Part shown: positions 1-8,923 of the stretch, in pieces
Position numbering within the stretch: the stretch's first letter is position 1
Layout of the letters: each line of letters opens with the position of its first letter
From: a virus
Taxonomy: Duplodnaviria > Caudoviricetes
Virus record (IMG/VR): IMGVR_UViG_3300005805_000278
Span: 1-32,431 of that record
Direction: 5' to 3' (one strand)
Length of the DNA stretch: 32,431 bases
Notes under the pieces: model-generated
What the model was told of the DNA's origin: nothing
The model's database searches: none
The model's input: the letters and a program-made list of their open reading frames with translations, nothing else
Made by a program: the position numbers and the translations under genes

Positions 1-66
1 CGGAAGACCCCACGCGACCTCCGCGCGAGTTTCTGTCGGGTTTCCGAAAAAACGTGAGGCTTCAAA

Positions 67-537
67 ATGGGCAGACGCGGCCCCTTGCCTGACCCAACCT
101 CCGAGCGAAGTGCTACTGGCCGCAACACGCTGGCCTGTAGGGGCGTTTCCACTGGAGTGGAGTCGGTAACTCCACCGGCCCATGTGGCCGCCCGCCCGCT
201 CGCCCTGGCCTTCTGGGAGGTGCACGCCCCGACGCTCGCCGACGAGGGGAGGCTCCGCCAGGTGCACGCCGAGGTGTTCGCCGAGCTCTGCCACCTCCAC
301 GCCGACATCCGCCAGCTCTCCGAGCAGATCGCGTCCGAGGGGTGGATCACGGCGACCGAGCGCGGGCAGGCCGTGTCGCCGGTCGCCCGCCTGCTCCGTG
401 ACTCGCGCCGGGACTTCGTCACACTGAGCGGGAAGTTCGGCCTGACCGCCGCCGACGAGGCGCGGCTGCCGGCAGACGAGGTTAACGATGGCGAAGAAGA
501 CCCGGACGAAGAAGCCCTCCGCAAGTTCACCGGCTGA
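67..537 (+). CDS. terS: Terminase small subunit (P27 family-like)
   Basis: MGRRGPLP start and C-terminal FGLTAADEARL motif; directly upstream of and overlapping terL. Confidence 0.88.
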   Translation: MGRRGPLPDPTSERSATGRNTLACRGVSTGVESVTPPAHVAARPLALAFWEVHAPTLADEGRLRQVHAEVFAELCHLHADIRQLSEQIASEGWITATERGQAVSPVARLLRDSRRDFVTLSGKFGLTAADEARLPADEVNDGEEDPDEEALRKFTG

Positions 538-2134
538 CCCGGGCCGGGATCGCCCCGAGTGGTGCGAGGGGTACACGTTCGACCTCGAGGCCGCCACGCG
601 GCCCGTCGAGTTTGTCGAGCGATTCTGCTGGGTGCCGTCGGTCACCGGCGGCAGCCCCGAGCGGATGCGGCTCATCGACTGGCAGCGCGAGCGGGTCGTG
701 ATGCCGATCTTCGGCTGGAGGCGGCCGGACGGGAGGCTGCGCTACCGGCGGGCCGGGATCTTCTGCCCGAAGAAGCAGGGGAAGAGCTTCCTCATGGCCG
801 CCATCTCCGAGTACCTGCTCACGGCCCACTACCCGCTGTCCGACGTGTACCTCGCGGCCGTGGACCGGCTCCAGGCCCGCGAGATCTACCGTGTAGTGTC
901 GAAGTTCGTCCAGGCATCGCCGCAGCTGTCGAAGCTCCTGGAGATCATCGACTCGAAGTCGGTGATCAAGAATCGGGAGAACGGCAACGTCCTCCGCTGC
1001 CTGTCGGCCGACGCCTACCGGAACGAGGGCCTAAACGGCCATGTGATCGTCGACGAGATCCACGCCCACCGGTCCGACGAGCTGATCTCGGCCCTGACCT
1101 ACGCCACCAGGGCGACCCCGAACGGCCTCGTGATCGCGATCTCGACTGCGGGCGACAACCGCAACAGCGTGGGCTACCAGTGGTGGAAGGACGCCGAGCT
1201 CGTCATGCGCGAGCGGGGCGGCGACCCGGCGGCGAACCCGTCGTTCTACGGGCTGATCTACGCCGCCGACCCGGACGATCCTCGCGGGTACGGCGACCCG
1301 GCCGTGTGGCGCGAGGCGAACCCGTCGATGGGCATCACGTTCCCGGAGGAGGAGTTCGCGGCCGACTACCAGGATGCCACGACCGACCCGCGAAAGATGG
1401 GGAAGTTCCTCCGCTACTCGCTCAACGTGTGGACGGAATCGGACGCCCGCTGGTTCCAGGGAGACGCCTTCGCCAGCTGCCGGCAGGACCCGCCGGCGCC
1501 GCTCGCCGGGCGGCCGTGCGTGGTGGGCGTCGACCTGGCCTCGAACCTCGACATGACGGCAGCCGCCTTCCTGTTCAAGGCTCCGGACGGGTCGTTCGAC
1601 TGCGAGATGCGTTACTGGGTTCCCGAGGAGACGATCCGAGATCGCGAGCGGAAGGACAACATCCCGTATTCGACGTGGGCTCGGGAGGGCTGGCTCACGG
1701 TGACGAGCGGGTCGCGGCTCGACCACGAGGTCGTGGCCCGCGACATCCTGGAGTTCGGCAAGACCCACCAGATCGTCCGCGTGGGCTGCGATCCGTGGCA
1801 GGTGGGGCCGCTGGCGACGTTCCTCCAGCGCGAGAACGTCGAGGTCAAGGGCGTGGCCCAGAACACGCGAGCCCTCAACGCCCCGAGCAAGATGCTCGAG
1901 GGGCTCGTGGCCGAGGGCCGGTTCCGCTACCGCTCGCCGATCCTGCTCTGGAATGCGAACCACGCCGTGGTCTACGAAGACACGACCGGCATGATCAAGC
2001 CGGACAAGGCGAAGTCGACGGAGAAGATCGACGGTATCTCCGCGGCCGTCGACGCGTTCGCGATGGCGATCGCGGCCGACGAGCTGCTGGAGGCACCGTC
2101 GGACGACGACTACCGGATGGTCAGCCTCTGGTAG
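488..2134 (+). CDS. terL: Terminase large subunit
   Basis: Walker A variant PKKQGKS, Walker B VIVDEIH, ISTAG coupling motif, RuvC-like GVDLA and KIDGISA. Confidence 0.97.
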   Translation: MAKKTRTKKPSASSPADPGRDRPEWCEGYTFDLEAATRPVEFVERFCWVPSVTGGSPERMRLIDWQRERVVMPIFGWRRPDGRLRYRRAGIFCPKKQGKSFLMAAISEYLLTAHYPLSDVYLAAVDRLQAREIYRVVSKFVQASPQLSKLLEIIDSKSVIKNRENGNVLRCLSADAYRNEGLNGHVIVDEIHAHRSDELISALTYATRATPNGLVIAISTAGDNRNSVGYQWWKDAELVMRERGGDPAANPSFYGLIYAADPDDPRGYGDPAVWREANPSMGITFPEEEFAADYQDATTDPRKMGKFLRYSLNVWTESDARWFQGDAFASCRQDPPAPLAGRPCVVGVDLASNLDMTAAAFLFKAPDGSFDCEMRYWVPEETIRDRERKDNIPYSTWAREGWLTVTSGSRLDHEVVARDILEFGKTHQIVRVGCDPWQVGPLATFLQRENVEVKGVAQNTRALNAPSKMLEGLVAEGRFRYRSPILLWNANHAVVYEDTTGMIKPDKAKSTEKIDGISAAVDAFAMAIAADELLEAPSDDDYRMVSLW

Positions 2135-2142
2135 GCGGCCGG

Positions 2143-2172
2143 TTCAAGGGTTCGGCCGGTTGGCCCGACACT
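2143..2172 (+). promoter_or_regulatory. Putative late promoter (TTCAAG-N18-GACACT) upstream of portal
   Basis: 14-mer TTCAAGGGTTCGGC identical at 2143, 7334 and 10623; this copy is intergenic. Confidence 0.6.
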
Positions 2173-2215
2173 GGCGGTCCGCGGCCGCACTGCGCGCCGG
2201 ACCAGGACGCCCAGC

Positions 2216-3769
2216 ATGCCAAGCCCGAAGGCCAACAAACGCTCGCCCCGGCGGTCCACGGCCCGCCCGCGCAAGACCGACGAGCGGATGATCTCCGTCC
2301 TGGGCACGCTCCTGGAGCCGTCGCCGTGGGGCCGGCTGTCGGCGTCGGACGTGACGCCCGAGGTGGCCGTCCGCGTCTCGTCGATCTTCGCGGTCTGCCG
2401 CTTCATCGCCCAGGGCGTCGGCGTGATGCCGATCCAGATCGGCCGCACGCTGCCCAGCGGCCGCAAGGAGCGATTCTCCCCGCCGTGCGCCTACACGATC
2501 CGCTCGCGGCCGAACGGCTGGCAAAGCCGCTTCGACTTCTACACGCTCCAGGCCTACTGGACCGCCCTCCATGGGAACGGATTCGCCCGGATCCTGTCGG
2601 GTGACCGCGGCTGGATGAGCCAGCTGATCCCCATGCACCCGAGCCGGGTCCGCCTCGAGCAGCTGTCCGACTACTCGATGCGCTACAAGTTCTTCGACTC
2701 CTCCGGGAAGTGGATCCCGCTCCGCCAGGAGGAGGTGCTCCACTGGCGCTGGATGAGCGAAAACGGGATCTGGGGCATGAGCCCCAGCGAGATCTGCGCC
2801 ACCTCGATCTCCCTGGCCCGGCAGCTCGACATCGCGGCCACGGCGTTCTGGAAGAACGGGGCGCGGCCGGACTTCCTGATCCAGACCGCCGAGAAGATCT
2901 CCGATCCTGCGATCGCCGAGCTGCGGGAGCAGTTCCGCCAGATGTACTCGGGGCACAACCGCGGCAGCCCGGGCGTCGTGTCGAGCAAGGTGCAGCTGCT
3001 CCCGATGCAGTCGAACACGATGGAGCAAAGCCAGTACCTCGAGCTGCGGTCGGCGATCCTGCCCGACGTGTGCCGCCACTGGGGCGTGCCGAGCACGCTG
3101 CTCGGGGACGCCAAGATGGCCCGCTACTCGAACGTCGAGCAGGAGCATCTCTCCGCCCAGGTGTGGTGCCTGCTGCCGTGGCAGCACCGCATCGAGGGCC
3201 CGCTCGACATGGCACTCCAGCCGGTGTACGGCGAGGACGTGTACTGCAAGCTCGACAATCGCGGGCTGCTCCGCGGTGACTCCGCGAGCCGGGCGGCGCT
3301 CTACCAGTCGATGTTCAACATGGGCTCGATCAAGCCCAACGAGATCCGCGACCTGGAGGACTTCGAGCTGCTCGACGATCCGGCCGCAGACGAGACCTTC
3401 ATGCAGCTGGGTTTCTCGACGCTCGGCAACGCCGCGGCGGCAGCGGCCGCGGCCCCCGACGCGACCGGCCCGGCGGCTGCCACGGACCAGCCGGCGCCTG
3501 TCGATCAGGTCGCGACGGACGCGATCTCCGTGGACCCGCTTGCGGCCGCAGCTTCCGGCGCGGACCTAGCGGCAACCGCGCTCAACGGTGCCCAGGTGAC
3601 CGCGCTCCTCGAGGTCCTGGCCCAGGTCTCTTCCGGCACGCTCGACGCCGCGGCTGCCGTGGCCCTGATCACTTCCGCGTTCCCGACAGTGACCGCCGAC
3701 CTCGCCCGCCAGATGGTCGAAGGGGCCAACCCGCCGCCAGACCAAGGAGGCCAGAATGTCCAAGCCTGA
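2216..3769 (+). CDS. HK97-family portal protein with Ala-rich C-terminal extension
   Basis: LHGNGFA, HPSRV, EEVLHWR, FWKNGARP, YSNVEQ, PNEIRDLED motifs; follows terL. Confidence 0.95.
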   Translation: MPSPKANKRSPRRSTARPRKTDERMISVLGTLLEPSPWGRLSASDVTPEVAVRVSSIFAVCRFIAQGVGVMPIQIGRTLPSGRKERFSPPCAYTIRSRPNGWQSRFDFYTLQAYWTALHGNGFARILSGDRGWMSQLIPMHPSRVRLEQLSDYSMRYKFFDSSGKWIPLRQEEVLHWRWMSENGIWGMSPSEICATSISLARQLDIAATAFWKNGARPDFLIQTAEKISDPAIAELREQFRQMYSGHNRGSPGVVSSKVQLLPMQSNTMEQSQYLELRSAILPDVCRHWGVPSTLLGDAKMARYSNVEQEHLSAQVWCLLPWQHRIEGPLDMALQPVYGEDVYCKLDNRGLLRGDSASRAALYQSMFNMGSIKPNEIRDLEDFELLDDPAADETFMQLGFSTLGNAAAAAAAAPDATGPAAATDQPAPVDQVATDAISVDPLAAAASGADLAATALNGAQVTALLEVLAQVSSGTLDAAAAVALITSAFPTVTADLARQMVEGANPPPDQGGQNVQA

Positions 3770-4724
3770 GCGCCGATACCTGTCGATCGCCGAGGACGAG
3801 ACGACGCTCGGCCTTGAGCAACGGGACGGGGAGGCTCCGAAGATCCGCGGGATCGCTCCGCCGTGGAACTCGAAGTCCGTCGACCTCGGCGGATTCCGGG
3901 AGATCTTCGTCCCGACAGCGTTCGACAAGTTCCTGGCGAAGCGGAAGGTCGACGTCCCGCTCCTGTTCAACCACGACCCAAACCAGATTCTCGCCCGCAC
4001 CACAAACGGTACGCTGCGAATCGAGAAGACCGACAAGGGACTCGCCTATGAGGGCGACCCGGTTCCGACAGCGGATTCCGAGAAGGTCCTCACCCTGATC
4101 CGCACGAAGACGATCTTCGGATCGTCGTTCGCCTTCACCGTCAACGGATCAAAGGGCGAATCCTTCGATGAGGACGAGCGGGGAAACATCACCCGCACGA
4201 TCTCGGACGCGACGCTCTGGGACGTGAGCCCGGTCACCAACGCGGCCTACCCCCAGTCGGCGCTTTCGGCCCGTTCGCTCGACCAGTGGCGGGCGTTCCG
4301 CGGTGTCGTCGCACACCGCGAAGGGGCGAAGCCGCTCACGATCTCGCTCGACTACGACCGGACGTTCACGTCCGCGCCCGGCCTTTGGCGGTCCTTCATT
4401 GTGGACGCCACCGGGCGCGGCAATTCCATCGTGTGCATCTCGCGGCGCGAGGACACGGAGGCCAACCGCGAGGAACTTCGGCTGGCGTTCGGCGACCTCG
4501 ACGTGGCACAGGTGCTGCTCTGCGGCCCCGACACCCAGAAGCGGGCCGCCGCTGCCGCGGCCGGCCTGGAGGTCGACGTGTGGATCGACGACTACCCGGA
4601 AGGGATCGTGAGCCGCTCCGCCGGCCAGACGGCCCCGCCGGTGCCGGTCAAAGTCTCGACGCTCGCCGGTGCCCGGGCTGCCGCTGCGGCCGCTGCCGCC
4701 CGGATGCGGATCGTGACCGGCTGA
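3756..4724 (+). CDS. HK97-type prohead maturation protease fused to a C-terminal HAD-like domain
   Basis: LGGFREIF, LLFNHD, GSSFAF, DVSPVTNAAY protease motifs; then LDYDRT...ISRR...QK...WIDD. Confidence 0.9.
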   Translation: MSKPERRYLSIAEDETTLGLEQRDGEAPKIRGIAPPWNSKSVDLGGFREIFVPTAFDKFLAKRKVDVPLLFNHDPNQILARTTNGTLRIEKTDKGLAYEGDPVPTADSEKVLTLIRTKTIFGSSFAFTVNGSKGESFDEDERGNITRTISDATLWDVSPVTNAAYPQSALSARSLDQWRAFRGVVAHREGAKPLTISLDYDRTFTSAPGLWRSFIVDATGRGNSIVCISRREDTEANREELRLAFGDLDVAQVLLCGPDTQKRAAAAAAGLEVDVWIDDYPEGIVSRSAGQTAPPVPVKVSTLAGARAAAAAAAARMRIVTG

Positions 4725-4738
4725 CCCAGGAGGAAGAC

Positions 4739-5116
4739 ATGGACGTCCGCGCCCCGATGACCGCCGCCGCCAACCTCGACGGCGGCCTGCTCAACAAGAT
4801 CGTGGCCTTCTTGGAGACGGCGAAGAGCGCCGCCGCGGACGGCATCACCTGGGCCGAGTTCGGCGAGCTCGTCGTCGCCCTGCTGCGGCTGGTCGTGACG
4901 TTCCTCGACACCGTGTCGACGCTGACGGGGGCCGAGAAGAAGGCCCTGGCCCTGGACGCGGTTGCGGGCCTGTTCGACGCGGTGGCCGACAAGGCCGTCC
5001 CGACGCTCGCCTGGCCGGTGTGGATCCTGGCCCGGCCGGCAGTCCGGGCTCTCGTCCTGGCCCTGGCGTCCGGGGCAATCGAGCAACTCCTGCCCCTCGT
5101 GAGGTCCGCCCGATGA
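4739..5116 (+). CDS. Hydrophobic/amphipathic membrane protein (holin candidate)
   Basis: AGGAGG RBS, ATG at 4739 within the listed 4286..5116 ORF; two hydrophobic segments; coupled to the next gene by ATGA. Confidence 0.65.
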   Translation: MDVRAPMTAAANLDGGLLNKIVAFLETAKSAAADGITWAEFGELVVALLRLVVTFLDTVSTLTGAEKKALALDAVAGLFDAVADKAVPTLAWPVWILARPAVRALVLALASGAIEQLLPLVRSAR

Positions 5117-5664
5117 TCACGCTCGCCCTCGTCGCCGCGGCGGTCTACCTGTTCGCCGGCGACAGGATCACCCACCTCGTGGCCTCGTTCTCCGAGAAGG
5201 CCCCGACGATTGAACGGCGGCACCTGGCCGGGGCGGCGCTGCTCGCCGGGGCCGCGGTGCTGTGGGCCAGCTCCGAGCCGACCGGGCCGACGCCCGCCCC
5301 CGGCCCGGCTCCGGACGCGGCGATCGACCTCCGCGGGATGTTCGTCGGCCCCGACGCGGCGGCCGACGCCGCGGCCGTGTCGGCCCACTTCTCCGAGCTG
5401 GCCGACGAGCTCGAGCACGACGGCCAGGCGGCCGAGCCGCTGCTGAAGACCGGCGTGGCGTGGGACGAGCTGCGGACCCGCGCGAAGGCGATGCGGTGGA
5501 AGGGCGTGAGCCTGGGCGAGAAACACCCGCGGGCCCGCGAGGCGATCCGCGAGTACCTCGACCGGACCGCCGGCACGAGCGGGGCCCCGCTGTCGCCGGC
5601 CCAGCGGTCGACCTGGGTCGCCGCCTACCGCGAGATCGCGAGGGCCGCCGATGTCTCGCGCTGA
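5113..5664 (+). CDS. Membrane-anchored protein (two N-terminal hydrophobic segments, Pro-rich linker, helical domain)
   Basis: MITLALVAAAVYLFAG and LAGAALLAGAAVLW, then PTGPTPAPGPAPD. Confidence 0.7.
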   Translation: MITLALVAAAVYLFAGDRITHLVASFSEKAPTIERRHLAGAALLAGAAVLWASSEPTGPTPAPGPAPDAAIDLRGMFVGPDAAADAAAVSAHFSELADELEHDGQAAEPLLKTGVAWDELRTRAKAMRWKGVSLGEKHPRAREAIREYLDRTAGTSGAPLSPAQRSTWVAAYREIARAADVSR

Positions 5665-6769
5665 CGCTCGCCACCTCCGCCTCCTGGCCTTCGTTCTGCT
5701 CCTGGGCGTGGCCGCCGCCTACCTCGTGAGCGGCCTGCGGGCCCGGCCCGCCGGCGGCTGGTTCGGCCTCGACGGCGAGGCGGACTACGGCTACCGGCCG
5801 GACCCCGAGGGCGTGGCCGCGTTCCTCCGCGAGCTGCCCGAGCCGATGTTCCGCCAGGCCGGGGCCGAGACGCTCCGCGAGGCGAAGGGCGTCGACACGT
5901 TCCTCTATCGGGCCGCCTACAAGGCCCACCAAGCCCTCTACGGCCGGCCGTGGGTGGTCGAGCGGCAGGGCATCGGCGACTGTGTCTCGTGGGGCTGGGC
6001 CCACGGGATCTGGATCGCCCAGTGTGTGGACTGGGAGACGGGCCGGCTGGCCAACCCGCCGCCGTTCCCGGCCACCGAGTCGATCTACGGCGGCTCGCGC
6101 GTGGAAGCCCGCGGCAAGCCCGAGGGCGGCGGCGGGTGGAGCGACGGGTCGTATGGCGCCGCCGCGGCTCGGTGGGTGAAGGACTGGGGCGTGGTCTACC
6201 GCGACCAGGTCGGCGGGCACGACCTCCGCGTCTACTCGCCAGACCGGGCGAAGCAGTGGGGCAACTGGGGCAACGGCGGCCAGGGTGACGGCGGCAAGCT
6301 CGACGCGATCGCGAAGAAGCATCCGGCCCAGCACGTCGCCATGGTCAAGACGTTCGCCGAGGCGGCCGCGGCCATCGAGGCGGGCTTCCCGATCCCGGTC
6401 TGCTCCCTCGTCGGCTTCGAGAGCGTCCGCGACCAGCACGGCTACGCGAAGGCCTCGGGCCAGTGGGCCCACTGCATGGCGTTCGTCGCGGTCCGCTACG
6501 CGAAGAACGGGTCGCCGGAAGACGCCCTGCTGTGCCTGAACTCCTGGGGACCGAAGTGGATCTCCGGGCCGAAGTGGCCGGCCGACATGCCCGAGGGGGC
6601 GTTCTGGGTCCGCCGGGCCACCGTCGAGCGGATGCTCGCGAACCAGCCCGACAGTTTCGCCGTCGGCTCCGTCAGCGGTTTCGGCTGGCGTGATCTCTCG
6701 AACGACGTCCTGTCACCGCCACCGCCCGACCAGGCCAACACGGCCCCGGCGCTCGGCCTTGCCCTCTGA
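5651..6769 (+). CDS. Membrane-anchored papain-like (C1-type) cysteine peptidase
   Basis: N-terminal TM LLAFVLLLGVAAAYLV; QGIGDCVSWG (Gln/Cys), AHCMAFVAV (His), CLNSWG (Asn) in papain order. Confidence 0.8.
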   Translation: MSRADARHLRLLAFVLLLGVAAAYLVSGLRARPAGGWFGLDGEADYGYRPDPEGVAAFLRELPEPMFRQAGAETLREAKGVDTFLYRAAYKAHQALYGRPWVVERQGIGDCVSWGWAHGIWIAQCVDWETGRLANPPPFPATESIYGGSRVEARGKPEGGGGWSDGSYGAAAARWVKDWGVVYRDQVGGHDLRVYSPDRAKQWGNWGNGGQGDGGKLDAIAKKHPAQHVAMVKTFAEAAAAIEAGFPIPVCSLVGFESVRDQHGYAKASGQWAHCMAFVAVRYAKNGSPEDALLCLNSWGPKWISGPKWPADMPEGAFWVRRATVERMLANQPDSFAVGSVSGFGWRDLSNDVLSPPPPDQANTAPALGLAL

Positions 6770-6776
6770 GGTCCCC

Positions 6777-7040
6777 ATGAAGATCGACCGGAATACAGTC
6801 CTCGTCCTCGCCGCCGTGTTCGTGGCCGGCTGGTGGTTCGCCGGCGGCCGGCCGTCGCCGTCCCCGGCCCCCGGCCCCGCCGACCGGCCCGTCCTGCGGT
6901 GGATCGCCAAGGCCGCGAAGAACCTGCTCTGGATCGCCCTCGTGGCCGAGCCGCCGCCGGCCGAGCCCGCGACCCGCGTCGTCCATGCCCGGGTCGACCG
7001 AGAAGGGTTCCAGATTCTGGAAAACGGAAACACCCTATGA
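6777..7040 (+). CDS. Small membrane protein
   Basis: ATG 6777 after GAGG; TM VLVLAAVFVAGWWF, Pro-rich linker, second hydrophobic stretch. Confidence 0.7.
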   Translation: MKIDRNTVLVLAAVFVAGWWFAGGRPSPSPAPGPADRPVLRWIAKAAKNLLWIALVAEPPPAEPATRVVHARVDREGFQILENGNTL

Positions 7041-7360
7041 GTTTCTGGCGCTGGCTGATCGCGTTCCTTACCTGGCTCTCGGCCGACCCGCAGGCCGTGG
7101 ACCTCGAGCACCCGAAGGCGGCCGCGGCGGTCTCCGTCGCGCGGGCCTCGATGCTGCGCGACGCGCCGCCGCCCCCGGCCCCGGCACCGCAGGCGTGCGA
7201 CTGCGGGAAGACATGCGTCCGCGGCGTGTGGAAGCCCGACGGCAGGGTGCAGCAGACGTGCAAGTGTGCCTGTCCGCGGTGTGTCGCCGAGCGGGCCAAG
7301 ACCACGCCAGCGGCATGCACGACAGGCGAGTGCTTCAAGGGTTCGGCGCGCACTCCGTAA
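7037..7360 (+). CDS. Small Cys-rich protein with hydrophobic N-terminus
   Basis: ATGA overlap with the previous gene; MSFWRWLIAFLTWL; CDCGKTC...CKCACPRC. Confidence 0.7.
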   Translation: MSFWRWLIAFLTWLSADPQAVDLEHPKAAAAVSVARASMLRDAPPPPAPAPQACDCGKTCVRGVWKPDGRVQQTCKCACPRCVAERAKTTPAACTTGECFKGSARTP

Positions 7361-7363
7361 GGT
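7334..7363 (+). promoter_or_regulatory. Putative late promoter (TTCAAG-N18-TAAGGT) upstream of major capsid
   Basis: Second copy of TTCAAGGGTTCGGC, 70 bp before the capsid start. Confidence 0.6.
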
Positions 7364-7403
7364 GCGTGAAGTGTTTCGACAACCCAACTGCTCACAGGAG
7401 GGC

Positions 7404-8624
7404 ATGATGCCCAGCCCCAAGATCGCCCGCCTCAAGGATGAGGCCGCCGTCCTCTCGAAGACCATCGTCGACCTCCGCGCCCTGGAGCCGAAGGACGATG
7501 CCGACGCAGTGTCGATCGCCGAGCGGCTGAAGGCTGCCGAGACCCGTGCTGCGGAGGTCGAAGCCGAGTGCGCCCGTGAGAACGAGCTGGACGCGCGGCT
7601 CGAAGGCCTGCGCAAGATCACGGCTCCGAGCGAGCCGCGCGGCGCGGTTCCCGGCCAAGAGGATCGCCAGGAGGACCAGTTCTCCGCCCCGGACATCCGG
7701 GCCGGCGTCCGGTCGTTCCGCAACGCCAAGGTGGCGGCCGCGGCCGGCCAGTACCTTTGCCGCATGGCGGGCGTGAACACCCGGGCCATGGGCGAGACCG
7801 TCGACGGCTACGGTGACGACTACGTCGTGACCGAGCTGTACAACGCGATCGTCAACCGGCTGCAGTACCAGTCGGTGGCCATGCAGCTCGCGAGCGTCTT
7901 CCGGCCGCGCGGCCAGAAGATCACCCTGCCCAAGAGCGGCGACTTCGTCTTCGGCTTCGCGGCCGAGGGCGTGGCGTTCACCGATCAGGACATCGCGACC
8001 AGCGGTGCCGACCTGACCCTCTACGAGGGCGGCGGATCGGTGGCCGTGTCCAACTCGCTCCTGAGCGACTCGCCGATCGACGTGGCCGGCCTGATCGTCG
8101 ACCGTGTCTCCTACGGTCTGGCCACCTGGTACGACGCCAAGTGGCTCGGCGGCAACACGGCGAACCCGGCGATCACCGGTCTGGCCGGTGCCGTCGTGGC
8201 GGGCAACACGATCACCGTCGCGGCGAATGCCTCGACGACGGTCGCCAATCTCGCCGATGTGGTCGGCAAGGTCGACGAGTCGATCATGGGGAACGGTGCC
8301 TGGGTCTGCTCGAAGGCAGGCTGGGTCGACCTCATGAAGATCTGGAGCGCCCAGCAGACCACGATGACGGTCGGCGGCGGCCGCGTGGTTCCGACGATCT
8401 TCGGGGCTCCGGTCTACCTCGCGAAGGGTCTGCCGGCGAACACGCTGGCCCTCTTCGGTGACTTCTCGATGTCGTCTGCGGTCGGCCTCGACCAGATGGG
8501 CATCCAGATCACCGTGGCGAAGGAACTCCTCGTCCGCAGCCGGCAGACGCTGTTCGTGGCGTCGACTCGGCTCGGCGTGGCGAACCACGCCCCCGAGTTC
8601 GTCGGCCGCCTGGCCAAGGCCTGA
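7404..8624 (+). CDS. Major capsid protein, HK97 fold with N-terminal coiled-coil delta domain
   Basis: CAGGAGG RBS; coiled-coil N-terminus; VSNSLLSDSPID, TIFGAPV, LFGDFS motifs. Confidence 0.93.
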   Translation: MMPSPKIARLKDEAAVLSKTIVDLRALEPKDDADAVSIAERLKAAETRAAEVEAECARENELDARLEGLRKITAPSEPRGAVPGQEDRQEDQFSAPDIRAGVRSFRNAKVAAAAGQYLCRMAGVNTRAMGETVDGYGDDYVVTELYNAIVNRLQYQSVAMQLASVFRPRGQKITLPKSGDFVFGFAAEGVAFTDQDIATSGADLTLYEGGGSVAVSNSLLSDSPIDVAGLIVDRVSYGLATWYDAKWLGGNTANPAITGLAGAVVAGNTITVAANASTTVANLADVVGKVDESIMGNGAWVCSKAGWVDLMKIWSAQQTTMTVGGGRVVPTIFGAPVYLAKGLPANTLALFGDFSMSSAVGLDQMGIQITVAKELLVRSRQTLFVASTRLGVANHAPEFVGRLAKA

Positions 8625-8649
8625 TCTGACCGCCTGACGTTGTGACTGA

Positions 8650-8683
8650 GGCCCGGGGGCCGCATGGATGCAGCCCCCGGGCC
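8650..8683 (+). terminator. Strong GC hairpin after capsid gene with CA-UGGA-UG apex (terminator, stabiliser or CsrA site)
   Basis: GGCCCGGGGGC/GCCCCCGGGCC stem; no U-tract. Confidence 0.5.
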
Positions 8684-8704
8684 GCCCCGTATCCGGAGCC
8701 GCCC

Positions 8705-8923
8705 ATGCAGTCCCAAGCCGGCCACCGGCCGATCCGCCTCCTGCGGGCGTACCGCGGCCTCCACGCTGGGGCCGTGGTCGCGGCCACGCCGGGGCTCGCG
8801 GACAAGCTCGTGGCCGGAGGGTGGGCGGTGCACGCCACCGGCGCCGACCTGTCGGCCGAGCCCGTCCGCCAGGAGCGGGCCGTCGCGAGCCCTGCAGCCG
8901 AGACGAGAGGAGTCGCTCAGTGA
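8705..8923 (+). CDS. Small head-associated protein
   Basis: IRLLRAYRG...A..LV..G.A pattern typical of small genes after capsid genes; start uncertain. Confidence 0.6.
   Translation: MQSQAGHRPIRLLRAYRGLHAGAVVAATPGLADKLVAGGWAVHATGADLSAEPVRQERAVASPAAETRGVAQ

Noticed and set aside
3743-7402. CAAGGAGG/CAGGAGG sites before protease, gene 4739 and capsid as CsrA sites
   Set aside because: Adequately explained as Shine-Dalgarno sequences with little or no stem, so not counted as evidence
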